From the NCBI RefSeq assembly GCF_038025025.1, contig NW_027117338.1:1364001-1428000 (forward strand): 64,000 bases of DNA. Reading direction: 5' to 3'. The translations under genes were made by a program, and so were the position numbers. The notes below the pieces were generated by a model. The model was not told the origin of the DNA and ran no database searches. It worked only from the letters and a program-made list of their open reading frames with translations. Shown here in pieces: positions 26,118 to 38,034 of this stretch (its first letter is position 1; each line of letters starts with the position of its first letter). The DNA is from Phyllosticta citribraziliensis. Lineage: Eukaryota.

Positions 26118-27502
26118 ATGGCTTCGGAAGACGCGCCTGCGCGCAAGTGCCTGGGGAAGGACTGCCCCAACGATGCATCGAACCTCCAATGTCCCACGTG
26201 CCAGAAGCTGGGCAAGGACTCGTACTTTTGCTCGCAGGACTGCTTCAAGAAGAACTGGGTAATTTTCAGAACATGGATTTGCGCGTGGTTCAAGTGGGCT
26301 GACCTGATCGCATGCTTAGAATGACCACAAAGCAATCCACAAGGCAGCTGGCGCAGGCACAAGTAACCCTCTCCGCAAACTCTTTCCACCGAAAGTAGTC
26401 TCACTCCCCGACCCAGAAACCGGCCACTACAACCCGTTCCCCAGCTTCGACTTTACCGGCTCCTTGCGTCCCGTTTACCCGCTGTCGCCGCGCAGACAAG
26501 TACCGAAGAGCATAACGCTTCCAGACTACGCCAAGGATGGTATCCCGAGAAGCGAGCAGATCTTTGTCAACAGGAACAAAATCAAGGTTCTTTCCAAGGA
26601 CGAGATAGAGGGCATGAGGAAGGTCTGCCGACTGTCGCGCGAAGTTTTGGACATTGCTGCACGCGCGGCTGTCCCTGGAGTTACCACGGACTATGTTGAC
26701 GAGGTCGTGCACAATGCTTGTGTGGAGAGAAATGTGAGTTGGCCCTTGTCTCTGCACGCGGGATTTCCAAATATTCACAATACCACTAGGCCTACCCCTC
26801 GCCGCTGAACTACTACCACTTCCCCAAGTCGGTTTGTACTTCGCTGAATGAAATCATCTGCCACGGCATCCCCGATCAGCGCGTTCTCCAGGACGGTGAC
26901 ATTCTCAACATTGACGTTTCGCTTTATCACAACGGCTTCCACGGCGATATCAACGAGACGTACTACATCGGAGACAAGGCGCTGGCTGATGCCGACTCGA
27001 TCCGCGTGGTGGAGACGGCACGCGACACCCTTGACGAAGCCATCAAGATTGTCAAGCCCGGCATGCTTTTCCGCGAACCCGGCAACGTGATTGAGAAGCT
27101 CTCCAAGCAAAGGAACTGCAGCGTAATCAAGACGTACTGCGGTCACGGTGTCAACCAGCTCTTCCACTGCCCCCCCAACGTTCCGCACTACGCAAAGAAC
27201 AAGGCTGTGGGCACTGCCAAACCCGGCATGTGCTTCACGATCGAGCCCATGATTGCGCTGGGCACACACCGGGACAAGACGTGGCCAGACGACTGGACTA
27301 GCGCGACGCAGGATGGCAAGCGGACGGCGCAATTTGGTGAGCGGACCCTCAGGCTCGTCAAAAGCATGACTGACTCGAAACAGAACACACTTTGCTGGTT
27401 ACCGAAGACGGCGTCGAGGTTTTGACCGCTAGGTTACCGGATTCTCCTGGTGGCCCTGTGCCGATCCCGGGTAACACGAACGGAGCGAAGCAGGAAGCTT
27501 GA
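26118..27502 (+). CDS. MAP1: Methionine aminopeptidase 1 (N-terminal zinc finger)
   Basis: CPTC...[57 protein letters not shown]. Confidence 0.95.
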
Positions 27503-27950
27503 GTGGTCACGAGAGAGGACTTGGGGATCCGATGATATGATTCTGTTTCTAGATACCTCTGATCACGTCGAAGGTGTATGCGGCGCGGGGGCGGGATGTG
27601 GAGAGACATGGGGAGAGCAATCATGAAAAGCGGCATTTGACGGCGTAGCGAGACGAGGCGATTGAGTGAAAAGAAGACGTAGGCGTTGGTGGTTCTTGTA
27701 TTGGTAAAAAATTGAAGATGGCTGGGCACCACCGCAGCTGGGGGTGCCGGTGGGGTGCAGGGAATGGAAGAGCTGCCTGGTTTCGTCATGGCCCAAGTCA
27801 AGCCATCCATCAACCCTCGGGAATCCGTCACCTCAGGTTGCCCAAACGCGTTATTCTGCACGTGGATGATCCGGCCGCTGCCAAATCCTCTACTGCCTGC
27901 AGTCTTCAGTTCATCCTGCCGTAGCGACAGTTCCGCTCTGCCCCCAAGCC

Positions 27951-27984
27951 CACCGCACCGCACCGCACCGCACCGCACCGCACC
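27951..27984. repeat. Pentanucleotide microsatellite (CACCG)6-7
   Basis: caccgcaccgcaccgcaccgcaccgcaccgcacc, ~200 bp upstream of the ERV14 ATG. Confidence 0.9.
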
Positions 27985-28179
27985 TCACACGTCCCCACAC
28001 CGTGCCGACCACAGCAGATAACGCCGCCCGGTTTCTCGCTCGCGTTCCCCGCCAATCCACCACCGACCGCAACCCTCAACAACACACCCGACCTCTACCT
28101 CATCGCCCGCTGCCCAGCCGCCCTCCTCTTCGTCGCATCCGACCGTCTCCTCCCTCCCCCAAACGCGCCTCCATTCAAA

Positions 28180-28933
28180 ATGTCGGGCGAGGCTTGGCTC
28201 TACCTCCTCGCGGTGCTCATAAATGCCGTCAACCTCTTCCTCCAGGTGTTTTTCACCATCATGTACTCTGATTTGGAATGGTGCGTCGGCCCTGTATCCG
28301 CCCTTTGCGGCTCGTTGCATCACTGCCCGCCCCAAACAAGCCTCCGGCTGCCGTCGGACTACGCATTGGAGCTTGGCTGACTTGTGTAAACAGTGACTAC
28401 ATCAACCCGATCGACCTCTGCAACCGCCTGAACACGTACATCATCCCCGAAGCCGCTGTCCACGCCTTCTTGACCTTTCTTTTCCTCATCAACGGTTACT
28501 GGATCGCTCTACTGCTCAACCTGCCTCTGTTGGCCTGGAACGCCAAGAAGTAAGTGGCAGCTCCGTCGCTCCGGTTGACAAGGCTGGTCGACGCCAGTCT
28601 GAAATGGAGAAATGCCAATTGCGCGGCAATGGCGCGCGCACACGGACACATGGGCTGACTTTTCTCAGGATTCTCGAGAACCAACATCTTCTCGATGCGA
28701 CCGAGATCTTCCGGAAACTCAACGTACACAAGAAGGTAGCCAATTCTGCCTACAACTTGTGTCTGACGCGGGACTGACTGCTGTGTAGGAATCGTTCATC
28801 AAGCTCGGCTTCCACTTGGTCATGTTCTTCTTCTATCTCTACAGCATGATGTGAGAATCTCCCCGATGCACATGGATCTTTCATGTCTAACCCGCAGAAC
28901 AGCGTCGCTCTCATCCGGGACGAGGCCCATTAA
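28180..28933 (+). CDS. ERV14: Cornichon family ER cargo receptor Erv14
   Basis: MSGEAWLYLLAVLINAVNLFLQVFFTIMYSDLE, DYINPIDLCNRLN, LLDATEIFRKL, KLGFHL..FFFYLYSMIVALI; four introns. Confidence 0.95.
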
Positions 28934-29484
28934 AGCCCCCAGTGCAGTGCATACGAAAGAACCTCTGAAAGAATCTTTTTCTCGGAAGACCGTGTCTGCG
29001 CAACTGGAGCAGGCATTCGAAATTTTCGACGGCCTTTTGGCAAATCCTCTAGCGACGTGTATAATGGATTCAACCCAACAATGAACGAATAGCGATGTCT
29101 GGTATGAGCGGAAGGAAGTGGAGGCATGGACATGGATGGCGTAATGTGCTGAAAAAGACTACGGTCCTACTGCGCGTTTGGAGCATTGGGAAGGCCGGGA
29201 ATTTGATGCTCGGCGACTGTAACTGGCGGATACGTGACATGACAACTTCGCAGTTAATAAATTCTCGGTAGCAATATGGGTGTCAAGTGGTGATGTCTTA
29301 GGCTTCCGCGAACCGTCACTCACAGTGTCGGCCAATCATGATCCACGCCTGCTGAGTCGCGACTGAGCTCTTAGTCAGCTTTCGCGACTCATGTGCCGTG
29401 GTCATTGAAGCTCTGCTGAACATCTAACCGATAAACATCGACACTTTCAACGCCTCTTCTTCACAGCCTTGACCCCAAGCCACA

Positions 29485-30922
29485 ATGGCAACCAATACCA
29501 AAGGCCGCGTACCCACTGGATTTGCCGACGAAATCGTCATCAGCGAAGCTTCTTTCCGATCAGCACACCGCGCGCGCGAGTCTGCAGCAGAACCACCAGC
29601 GAAGAAACTGAAGAGGGAAGAGAAGGGCGATGCCAGTATTGTCTATGGCAAGGGTGCATACAAGGGACCATGGGCAAAATATGAGTACGAAAGGCCGGAC
29701 GCCAACTCGGAAGAGGAGGGCTCCGACGTGGAAATCATCTACGAGGAGGACGAGATCGAGGAGCAACCGACAGCACCAGCTACCAAAGAAGGAACCGACT
29801 ACGAGACGGACAATGGCGCAAACGAAAAGACCATATTCCATGGCAGCTCATTGCACGACTACCAGGGGAGGACCTACATGCACGTTCCGCAGGATCTGGG
29901 AATCAATTTGAAGGCCGATATTGCGGATGTGAAGAACTACATCCCGAAGAAGCTGGTACACACCTGGAAACACCACACCAAGGCGATCAACGCGCTACGG
30001 TTCTTCCCGGACTCTGGGCACCTACTTCTTTCTGCATCGGCGGACAACACCATCAAGATATGGGACGTCTACCACGAGCGGGAGCTGCTGCGCAGCTACA
30101 TGGGGCACAAGAAATCGGTCAACGACATCTGCTTCAACAATGACGGCACGCAGTTCCTGTCGGCATCATACGACCGGCAAATGAAGCTCTGGGACACGGA
30201 GACGGGCAAGTGCGTCAATCGCTTCTCGACAGGCAAGACGCCGCACGTTGTGCGCTTCAACCCGGATCCGTCGCTCAACCACGAGTTCCTGGCCGGCATG
30301 GCGGACAAGAAGATTGTCCAGTTCGACACGCGCAGCGGCCAGATGGTGCAGGAGTACGACCACCACTTGGGCCCCGTCAATACCATCACCTTTTGCGACG
30401 AGAACAGGCGCTTCATCACCACGTCCGACGACAAGTCGCTGCGGGCCTGGGAATACGGGATTCGTAAGTCAAGCATCTTCCACGCGCTCACCTTCTTCTT
30501 TGCTCCGTCCGCTAACCACGCCCTCCGCAGCCGTGCCCATCAAGTTCATCGCCGAGCCCTACATGTACCCCATGGTGCGCTCCGCGCCGCACCCGTCGGG
30601 CAAGTACGTCGCCTTCCAGTCGTCCGACAACCAGATCGTCGTGTACGCGTGCACCGACCGGTTCCGGCAGAACCGCAAGAAGTCGTTCCGCGGCCACAAC
30701 AACGCCGGCTACGCCATCGACGTGGCCATCTCGCCCGACGGCCAGTTCGTCTCGTCCGGCGACTCGGGCGGCTTCGTCACCTTCTGGGACTGGAAGACGT
30801 GCAAGATGTACCACAAGATCCAGGCCAGTGAGAGCCCCATCATCGCCACTGGGTGGCATCCCAAGGAGACGAGTAAGGTCGTCACGGGCGATTTGAATGG
30901 CCTCATCAAGTTCTGGGATTGA
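29485..30922 (+). CDS. PRP17: Pre-mRNA splicing factor Prp17/Cdc40 (WD40)
   Basis: YQGRTYMH, YIPKKLVHTW, GHLLLSAS, QEYDHHLG, TTSDDKSLRAWEY, PVPIK, FRGHNNAGYA; intron 30464-30530. Confidence 0.94.
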
Positions 30923-31385
30923 GAGAGGTGCCACGAGAAGCGAATGGAATTGGGAGAGGCAGTTCTCGAGATCGCTGTTTAGACAGACTTTCTGCATCAA
31001 AATGATACCAAAGCATGCAATTGGAAACGCTAGTCGACTGCTCTACTCTGTCATTTGTGACGCCAGGCCTCGTGTGAGAACGGCACAAAGTCTTTTGACG
31101 CATATCATAAAGCAGAATGATACCTTTCATCTTTCTACTCGAACTCGTTAGTGTGTAAGACGCTCATGGTGCGTCCCTCAGCCCGATTCCTAATCTCAGA
31201 AGCAACCCTTAAAAAGAGTGACGCCATCCAGACCGCAGTCCAGTGTCCAGTGTCCAATTCCGATAATCCGATCCCAAAAAGGAACCCAACGCCTACTGCT
31301 CGACCAATTCGCCAAGCCAACGATCGACGAGAAGAGGAAGGAGAAAGTAAAAACCAAGAAGAAAGCAAAGCAATTTTTATCATCA

Positions 31386-34300
31386 TCACACCTCCGCCGC
31401 ACCACCACTGCCCAGCCCACCAGTTGCCTTGACTGGGCTCAAACTCCTCCTCGCCAGCAAAAGGCGCTTCGCAAAGGGAGTCACAACAAAGCCGTCCTCC
31501 TCCTTCCCGTCAACGCGCTGGTCGAAAATGCCTCGCTGCGTCTGCTTGGGCGGACACGTCTTTTGTGTGATGCGCTCGGGGTGCAGGTAGTAAGGGGTGC
31601 TAGGACTGAAAGGCTCCATCTGCGCTGTGCTCTTGTACGCTGGCGAGGGCGTGCTCAGGCCGCGGTTCTCCTTGTTCACTCGCGCATCAAGCGTAGGCGA
31701 CGCGATATCAGCAACGGACGGCGAGATGGAAGATCTGGCCGACGGCGAAGGCGCAGCCTTTGGTGTGAGGTGGAGCAGGGCAAATGGCGTGCCGTGCGGC
31801 GTTGCTTTGCCTGTGGAACGTGTTGGGGTAGTGTTGGTGCTGAGCACGGTAAGCGCACGCGTGGGGGTATGGGGACGGTGCGATGGCGAGGGTGAAATGT
31901 CGATGAGATATGGCGACTCGGGAAGACGTTGATTGAAACGCTCGCAGCTGGATAACTGTTAGTCTAGTAACATGATGTACTGATCAGGAAACTTACTCGA
32001 GAGCCCAACCGATGTTGACGGCTTGAACAGCGCCGTCAGATCGAGCAACTCTGTGTAGAGTCTCATTGGAACCGTCCTTGAAGAGGACGTGGGTGATGCT
32101 GCTGTCATCGCTCCATTCGTAGACGACCTTTGCGCCCATCTCCTCGAGAAGAGGGACGAACAGATCCCCGGCATCTTCACCCGTGGCCGAGCGAACATCC
32201 ACGAAAAAGGTCATTCCAGAGAGGAGTCCAAAGTCAGGCCTAGGGATGTAGGTTTCCTCGGGTTGCTCGATAATCTCTTGCTGCTGGAAAACGGGCTCCG
32301 CAGCAAAAGCAACGCTCTTCTTTGGGGAGCCGAACGGTTTCTTGAAGGGAGATCGAAGAGCTGACTTCATGGGAGTCATGGAAGGAACAAAGGCAAGGCT
32401 CTTCCGAGGCTTTTTGACCGAGCTCTCCAGTTCAATTGCAAGAGAAAGACGCTTGGAGCGAATGCGATGCTCCGTCTTCGCCTTCTGTTTGGCCAATGCA
32501 GTGATCCGTTCCTCGGTGATTTCAGGCGTTGAAGGTCTTTCGGGAATGTGGAAAGACACTGCCCTTGGCTCCTCCATTTCTTCGAGGGGCTGTTCCTCAA
32601 TCGGTTGGTCTGGGACTACCTCCAAGTGGACCTTGACAGGTGAGTCAACCTCACCCAAGATAGATGCTTCTTGGTCATTTGTGAAGAAGGAAGGCTCCTC
32701 AGCGATCATTTCCATCTCCCGTACATACGGAGCAAGCTCCTCTGTGACCTGAGGAGATTCACGGATCGCAGGTACGAGTTCTTGGACAGCCGGTGCAGAG
32801 TCAACGTTGCCCTCGAACTGCTCGTCCACCGTACCCAATGTCTTCTCTAGATGACGCTGGATCATGGTAAATTCAGGCTCAACGAAGCTGCTGACTGGCT
32901 CCAGCTGAAGCTCCTCCGGCGCGTCATCAATCATCGAGTCCTCTTCCATAGGTGACTCGTGGGTACCCGCTGTCATTGCTTCTTCGTTGACATCGCACTC
33001 ATCTTCGGCCTCCATCTCATCAGCATCGACATTGCGTGTAACCTCGACGCCTGGGCTATGATCTCCACCACTAGAAGTTGACTGTTGCTCGAATGACTGA
33101 GACTGCTCCTCAATGTCAAGGTCCAACCTCTCAATCACATTCATCATGAATTGCTCGGTGGGCGTGTTGGGGCGCATCGTCGGGGAGAGCATCGAAGCGT
33201 CTCGATCATCGTTGAGCATGCGCAAAGCCGAATCGACATCCTTGAGACCAGCTGGCGTTGGCTTCACTGGCGTTGGACTGCCAGCATCTGCATCGACGAG
33301 AGACTTGGCAGGGGTCTTTCCCGGTGTGGCGAACCTGCAAGTCGGGCTTCTGGCTGGAGTCTTTGGCCTCTTCGGCGTTGCGTCCAGGACGGAACCTTGA
33401 GCAAAGTCTTGTACACTCGTCTCGGCGGGTGGTGCATCTAGTCGGAGCTTTCGGGGTGTAGCTGAAAAGAGCGAGGACCCCATTCTTTCGCCCTGTTTGT
33501 CGGAAGTTGTGGTGGATCTCGGTGCCAAATCAGGGAGTGCAATTCGACGGGGGCAAGTCTGCAAAAGTGAAGACTTCGATTGAGCGCTGGCAGGACCATA
33601 TTTGTGCACTGGAGCGGTAGAAGGAGGTAGCATGAGGCCCTTTCTTGCTGGCGTCTGCAGCAGCGAGTTTTTGAGGTCGGTCCTCGGGGCCGTCGACCTC
33701 ACAGGCGTCATTCCAAGTGCAGACGCAGCCATGGGTCCCTTTTTCGGTGGGCTGTGGAGCAAATTTTCAGACGATAATTCTGTGCAGTTCGATTTGAGGG
33801 CAGATTTGGGTGCAAGCTTAAAGGGCGAAGCAATGGGGTCTTTGCGCGGGGTGCCACTGAGCAGTGTGCTCTTCTTGAAGGCAGGAGTCGCAGCCTGCAA
33901 GCTGTGCGTCTTCGGTGCCTGATCCGGTCTGAAGAATGGCGTTGCAACATTTGCAAATGGTAAAGCATGAGCCAATCGACCTGGGGCAGGTGTGGCAGAG
34001 GAAATTTTAGTCTGCGCCCTGGGATTGAAGAAAGGCGTGGCGGCGTCTGCAAATGGCAAAGCTTGCGCCAACTGAGCTGGCGCAGGGGTTTGAGGTGGTG
34101 CGTTCTCTTTGGTTGAAAGAACTCTTTCTTTCACCTGGTGCTCTGTACCCGGTGTGGCCTGCTTTGTGTGTAAGTTGCGGATCCTCTTCAAAGGGCCCGA
34201 TTGCTCGGACGCGAAAATTGCTTGAACGTGTCCTGTATATCTTACCGGAGTTGCCAATTTGTCGCGAGGTGTTTTGACTGGAATGGCGCTTGGATGAGGC

Positions 34301-35196
34301 TCTTGCGGAGTCTCTGCCGCCTTGGGAGTTTGCGGCCTCGTCTCTTGTGCCTCGACAGACTCCTCGACATTGCCCTTTGCTGTCGCAGGAGTAATGGCCT
34401 CGTGCTCCTTCTCCTGCTTCTTGCCCTTCCTCGTAGACTTGGGCGTCTTTGCTCCTGTTTTCCGTTTGAGTTGATGATCGTCTTGATGATCAGCTTGATC
34501 CAGATCTTGTGGTTTCTCAATGTCCTGGGTCTTATCGGGAGGCGCCGGTGTGGAATCCGCCCCTTCCATGTGAATATCGCCGTCGTTATCGGACTGTGGC
34601 GTTTGCTCGGTTCTAGAGACCTTCTTGGTGTTGTTGGATGTGATCTTTATTCTTTGTGCCAGTGGCTTCACGGTTGCAGACGGATCCGCCTCCTCCTTAA
34701 CCGCCCTCGTGGTGCGCTTAGTTGGCGCGACCTTCTTTTCCTCTGTCATGGCGGACGGGGCCGTAGCGCGCGACCGAGTCTGTCTCTTTGCTGGTGGGGC
34801 ACGCTCAGGCTCGGAGTCTTTGGCAGGTCGCTTACGTGTTGGTGCGACTGTAGCTGTGGCTGGCTTCGTTGCGGGTTTGGACGCAGCCTTTTTGGTGGTT
34901 GTTGTAGTTGAAGCTGTTCGTGATTGCACTTTTTTCTCGGGTTCCTTGACGTCTTGCTGTTCGGTGTTTTGCGCCTCTGCATCCTTCGCTCTTGTTCTCC
35001 GCGTGGTCGGTGCAGTAGCTTGCGATTGTGGTTTGGGGGCAGCTGAACGCGTCTTTGGCTCTGGCGCTTTGGATTTCGGGACCGGCTCTTCGATAGCAAC
35101 TTTTTTGCCTCGCCGGGCAGGCTGCTTCAACGCGCTGGTCTGCGATGCGGCAGGCTCATCCTTGGTGTGAGCGCGTTGGGCGCGTGTGGCGACCAT
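31386..35196 (-). CDS. Large disordered protein with a single C-terminal BRCT domain
   Basis: Long open frame from MVATRAQR; BRCT-like LLSGMTFFVDVRSATGEDA...LEEMGAKVV..W...ITHVLFKDG...VNIGWALDCER (joined across an intron near 31950-32000); many S/T-P sites. Confidence 0.8.
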
Positions 35197-36222
35197 GGTG
35201 AATTCGCGATGGTGTTGGAATGGCTCAGTAAAGTGACGGTAGCAATGTGGTTTTCGGCATGGAAGGCGTGTCTGGCGGTTGAGTGTCGGTCGTTGTTGAT
35301 GTCGCGGGAAGGGGCCGTCGTTTTCGTCATCGGCGGGCCGCTTTTGCTCCAGTAGACATGTTGGCACGGCAACCGGCCACGCTAACCCAGTGCGTACCGA
35401 CCGAACCACTTCATCAACAACAAGGCGCGCACAAGGGTCGCCATCGGCTCAACGATTTGGCTGCCAGCGGATTCGATCAACCTTCGAGAATTCATGTGAT
35501 TATGAATCCAACAGATCGGGCATCTTGGACCACACGTTTTTCTCTTCTAATGCTGAAGAGCATCCGACTTTTTGTCTTCACAGAGGTTTGTCTCACTCAA
35601 CCCACCTCGACCGGCGTCTGCAAGCACCTCAAACGAATGACCGCCGAATCACAAGAGACATAATGCCATCTGCCAGTACATTCGTTCCTGCTTTCGATCC
35701 AACGATGTCGTGACACGCTTGTTTCTAGCGCGATGGAAGGCGAAGTTTCGCATGTTTTTGCTTCTCGCAGTTCCCCATAACCAACCATATTAACATCCAC
35801 GCTCGTTCCTACCCTTTGCCGGCCTATAATCCTCTTGTTTTCTCTCGCCAAGGCCCGTTCAAAGGACTGGTGACAAAGAAGTGCATGAGCTCAGGCAGTC
35901 TTCCAAATCCACCAAACCTCACCGAGGCCAGCGTGGGAGTCAAACGCAAACCTTGATACGGAATGCTGAACACCTTTTCAATATCTTACTATTTCCTCTC
36001 GTGAGTATGTATGTTTGGCATATTGCGAAATTCGCGCCAGGCCATCTTGCAAATGTGTAGCTTTCTTCTCATCGTCAAAGATTTTTCTTCATATTGTTCT
36101 CTTGATATTATTCGGCGGCCCAGCCAATCAACGGGTATGTGAAACTACATATCTTCCCCGAGTGGAATCTCCAACCTCCAACTCCGACAGCGTTCGGCGA
36201 CTACTTGTTTCTTGCTGCAATC

Positions 36223-37977
36223 ATGGAAAACGTGACGGAGACCGTCTTGCTGTCTAACGCGAGCTCTTCCGCCAGCTCAACGGGCTGGAAAGTCTACCTG
36301 ATCGCAGCACTTCCCGCAGTCATCTACATACTGCATATTCGAGCCACCAGACTTCGAGTTGTGCCCAAGGGTGTGCCCTGGGTTGGGCTGCGCAATGAAT
36401 GGTTCTCAAAGATTCGGGCCAACATGAGGGAGACGTTCCATTCGAAGCAAAACATTGAAGAAGGTTATCAGAAGGTAATACTCCCACACATTTTATAATC
36501 CACATCGGCTGACGGAATCTGTCAGTATGGCAAAAATCACACTCCATACATCACGCCAAATGCAACGTTCAAGGCAGAGGTCGTCCTCCCGCCATCGTAC
36601 ATGTCGTGGCTGGTTTCTCAGCCCGACTCGGTCCTCTCCATTTACAAAGTCTTGATCGCCGATGTCGAATTCGACTACACATCCCCGCGAAGTTGGCAAT
36701 TTCATCGACCGTTCCACGTTGAGGCACTGAACAAGATGAACCTGAATCTCATGACGGGCGTCATGATAGATGAGATGACGGGATGTCTAGACAAGTGGTT
36801 CGGCGACGTCCCGGGAAAATGGAAGCGCGTCAGCGTGCAAGACTCCATGCGTACGATACTCACGCGCATCACCAACCGGGTCTTTGTAGGCAAGGAGATA
36901 GCCCATGGCGAAGACTACTTCCACTACTCGAGCAACTTTGTCTTCAACATCATGAAGTGCGCCTTCATGATTGCCTACTTTATCCCAGCCGTACTGAAGC
37001 CTCTCCTTGGGCCCATCGCGGCCCTACCGGTGCGATACTACGACTACCACTGCCAGCGGTACCTGGTGCCGCTGATCCAGAGGCACCTGGACGAGGCGTC
37101 GGCGGCCAAGGACGCGCACCACGAGGAGCGCAACCCAGACATGCTGCAGCTCATGGCGCGCTTCGCGGCCAAGTCGAGCGACCCACTGGACCACGACCCG
37201 CGGTCGCTGTGCGCGCGCATTCTCGCCCTCAACTTCGTTGGCATCCACACCAGCAGCTCCGCCGCCATCTCCGCCATCATCGACATCCTGTGCGCCGGGC
37301 CCGACGTCTTCGCTGCCCTGCGCAACGAAGCGGCCTCCGTGCTCCGCGATGCCAGCGGTGTCTGGAGCAAGGCTTCTGTCAACAAGCTTGTCCTGATGGA
37401 CAGCACGCTGCGTGAGTCGCTGCGCTTCAGCGCCTTCAAGGCTCGCGGGGTCGAGAGACAGGTCGTAAAGAAGGGCGGCGTCACCTTGCCTGATGGCACG
37501 CTCCTGCCGGAGGGTACCAAGGTCGGCATGCCCACGACCGAGATTCACATGGATCCAGAGTTCTACGATGAGCCCAGAGTTTTCAAGCACGATCGCTTCG
37601 TCGGCAAGGCCGAGGTCGGTATGGTGAATACCACGGATACTTTTCTGGCGTTTGGCCACGGCAAGCACGCTTGGTAAGTTTCTTCTGCTTCTTCAAAGTC
37701 ACCCCTGAGAAAAGAACCTGCACCGGTTCTCTGTTTGTTGGAAAATTGTGGCTGACATTTTCTTCCCATAAGCCCTGGACGTTTCTTCTCTACCCACGAG
37801 CTCAAACTCCTCTTTGCGCATATTGTGCTCAACTACGACTTCAAGTTCTTCGCCGAAAGGCCCGGGACAGTTTACATGAGCGACTTCTGTCTGATTCCTC
37901 GAGAAGTCTTCTTCGAGACATGTCGCAGGGAAAGGAGTGCCCATCTTGACACTGAGGCGGAAGAGAAAGCGTCCTGA
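36223..37977 (+). CDS. Cytochrome P450 monooxygenase
   Basis: N-terminal TM; I-helix NFVGIHTSS, ExxR (RESLR), FKHDRF; heme motif FGHGKHACPGRFF formed by splicing TG|C; TGA at 37975-37977. Confidence 0.93.
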
Positions 37978-38034
37978 TCTGCTTCGTCGAGGTTTAGCCG
38001 TAGCAGTGGACGAATGCTTCCGAGGTACGTCCAC

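Noticed and set aside
25072..26178. 368-aa minus ORF from the ORF track
   Set aside because: Read-through of promoter and intron into a KMO exon; the real start is 25687 with an intron.
35197..35409. N-terminal extension of the 1138-aa BRCT ORF
   Set aside because: It begins at a non-ATG codon; the first in-frame ATG with good context is 35196.
37660..37780. Apparent loss of the P450 heme cysteine (FGHGKHAW*)
   Set aside because: A phase-2 intron (TG|GTAAG...AAG|C) rebuilds the Cys codon.
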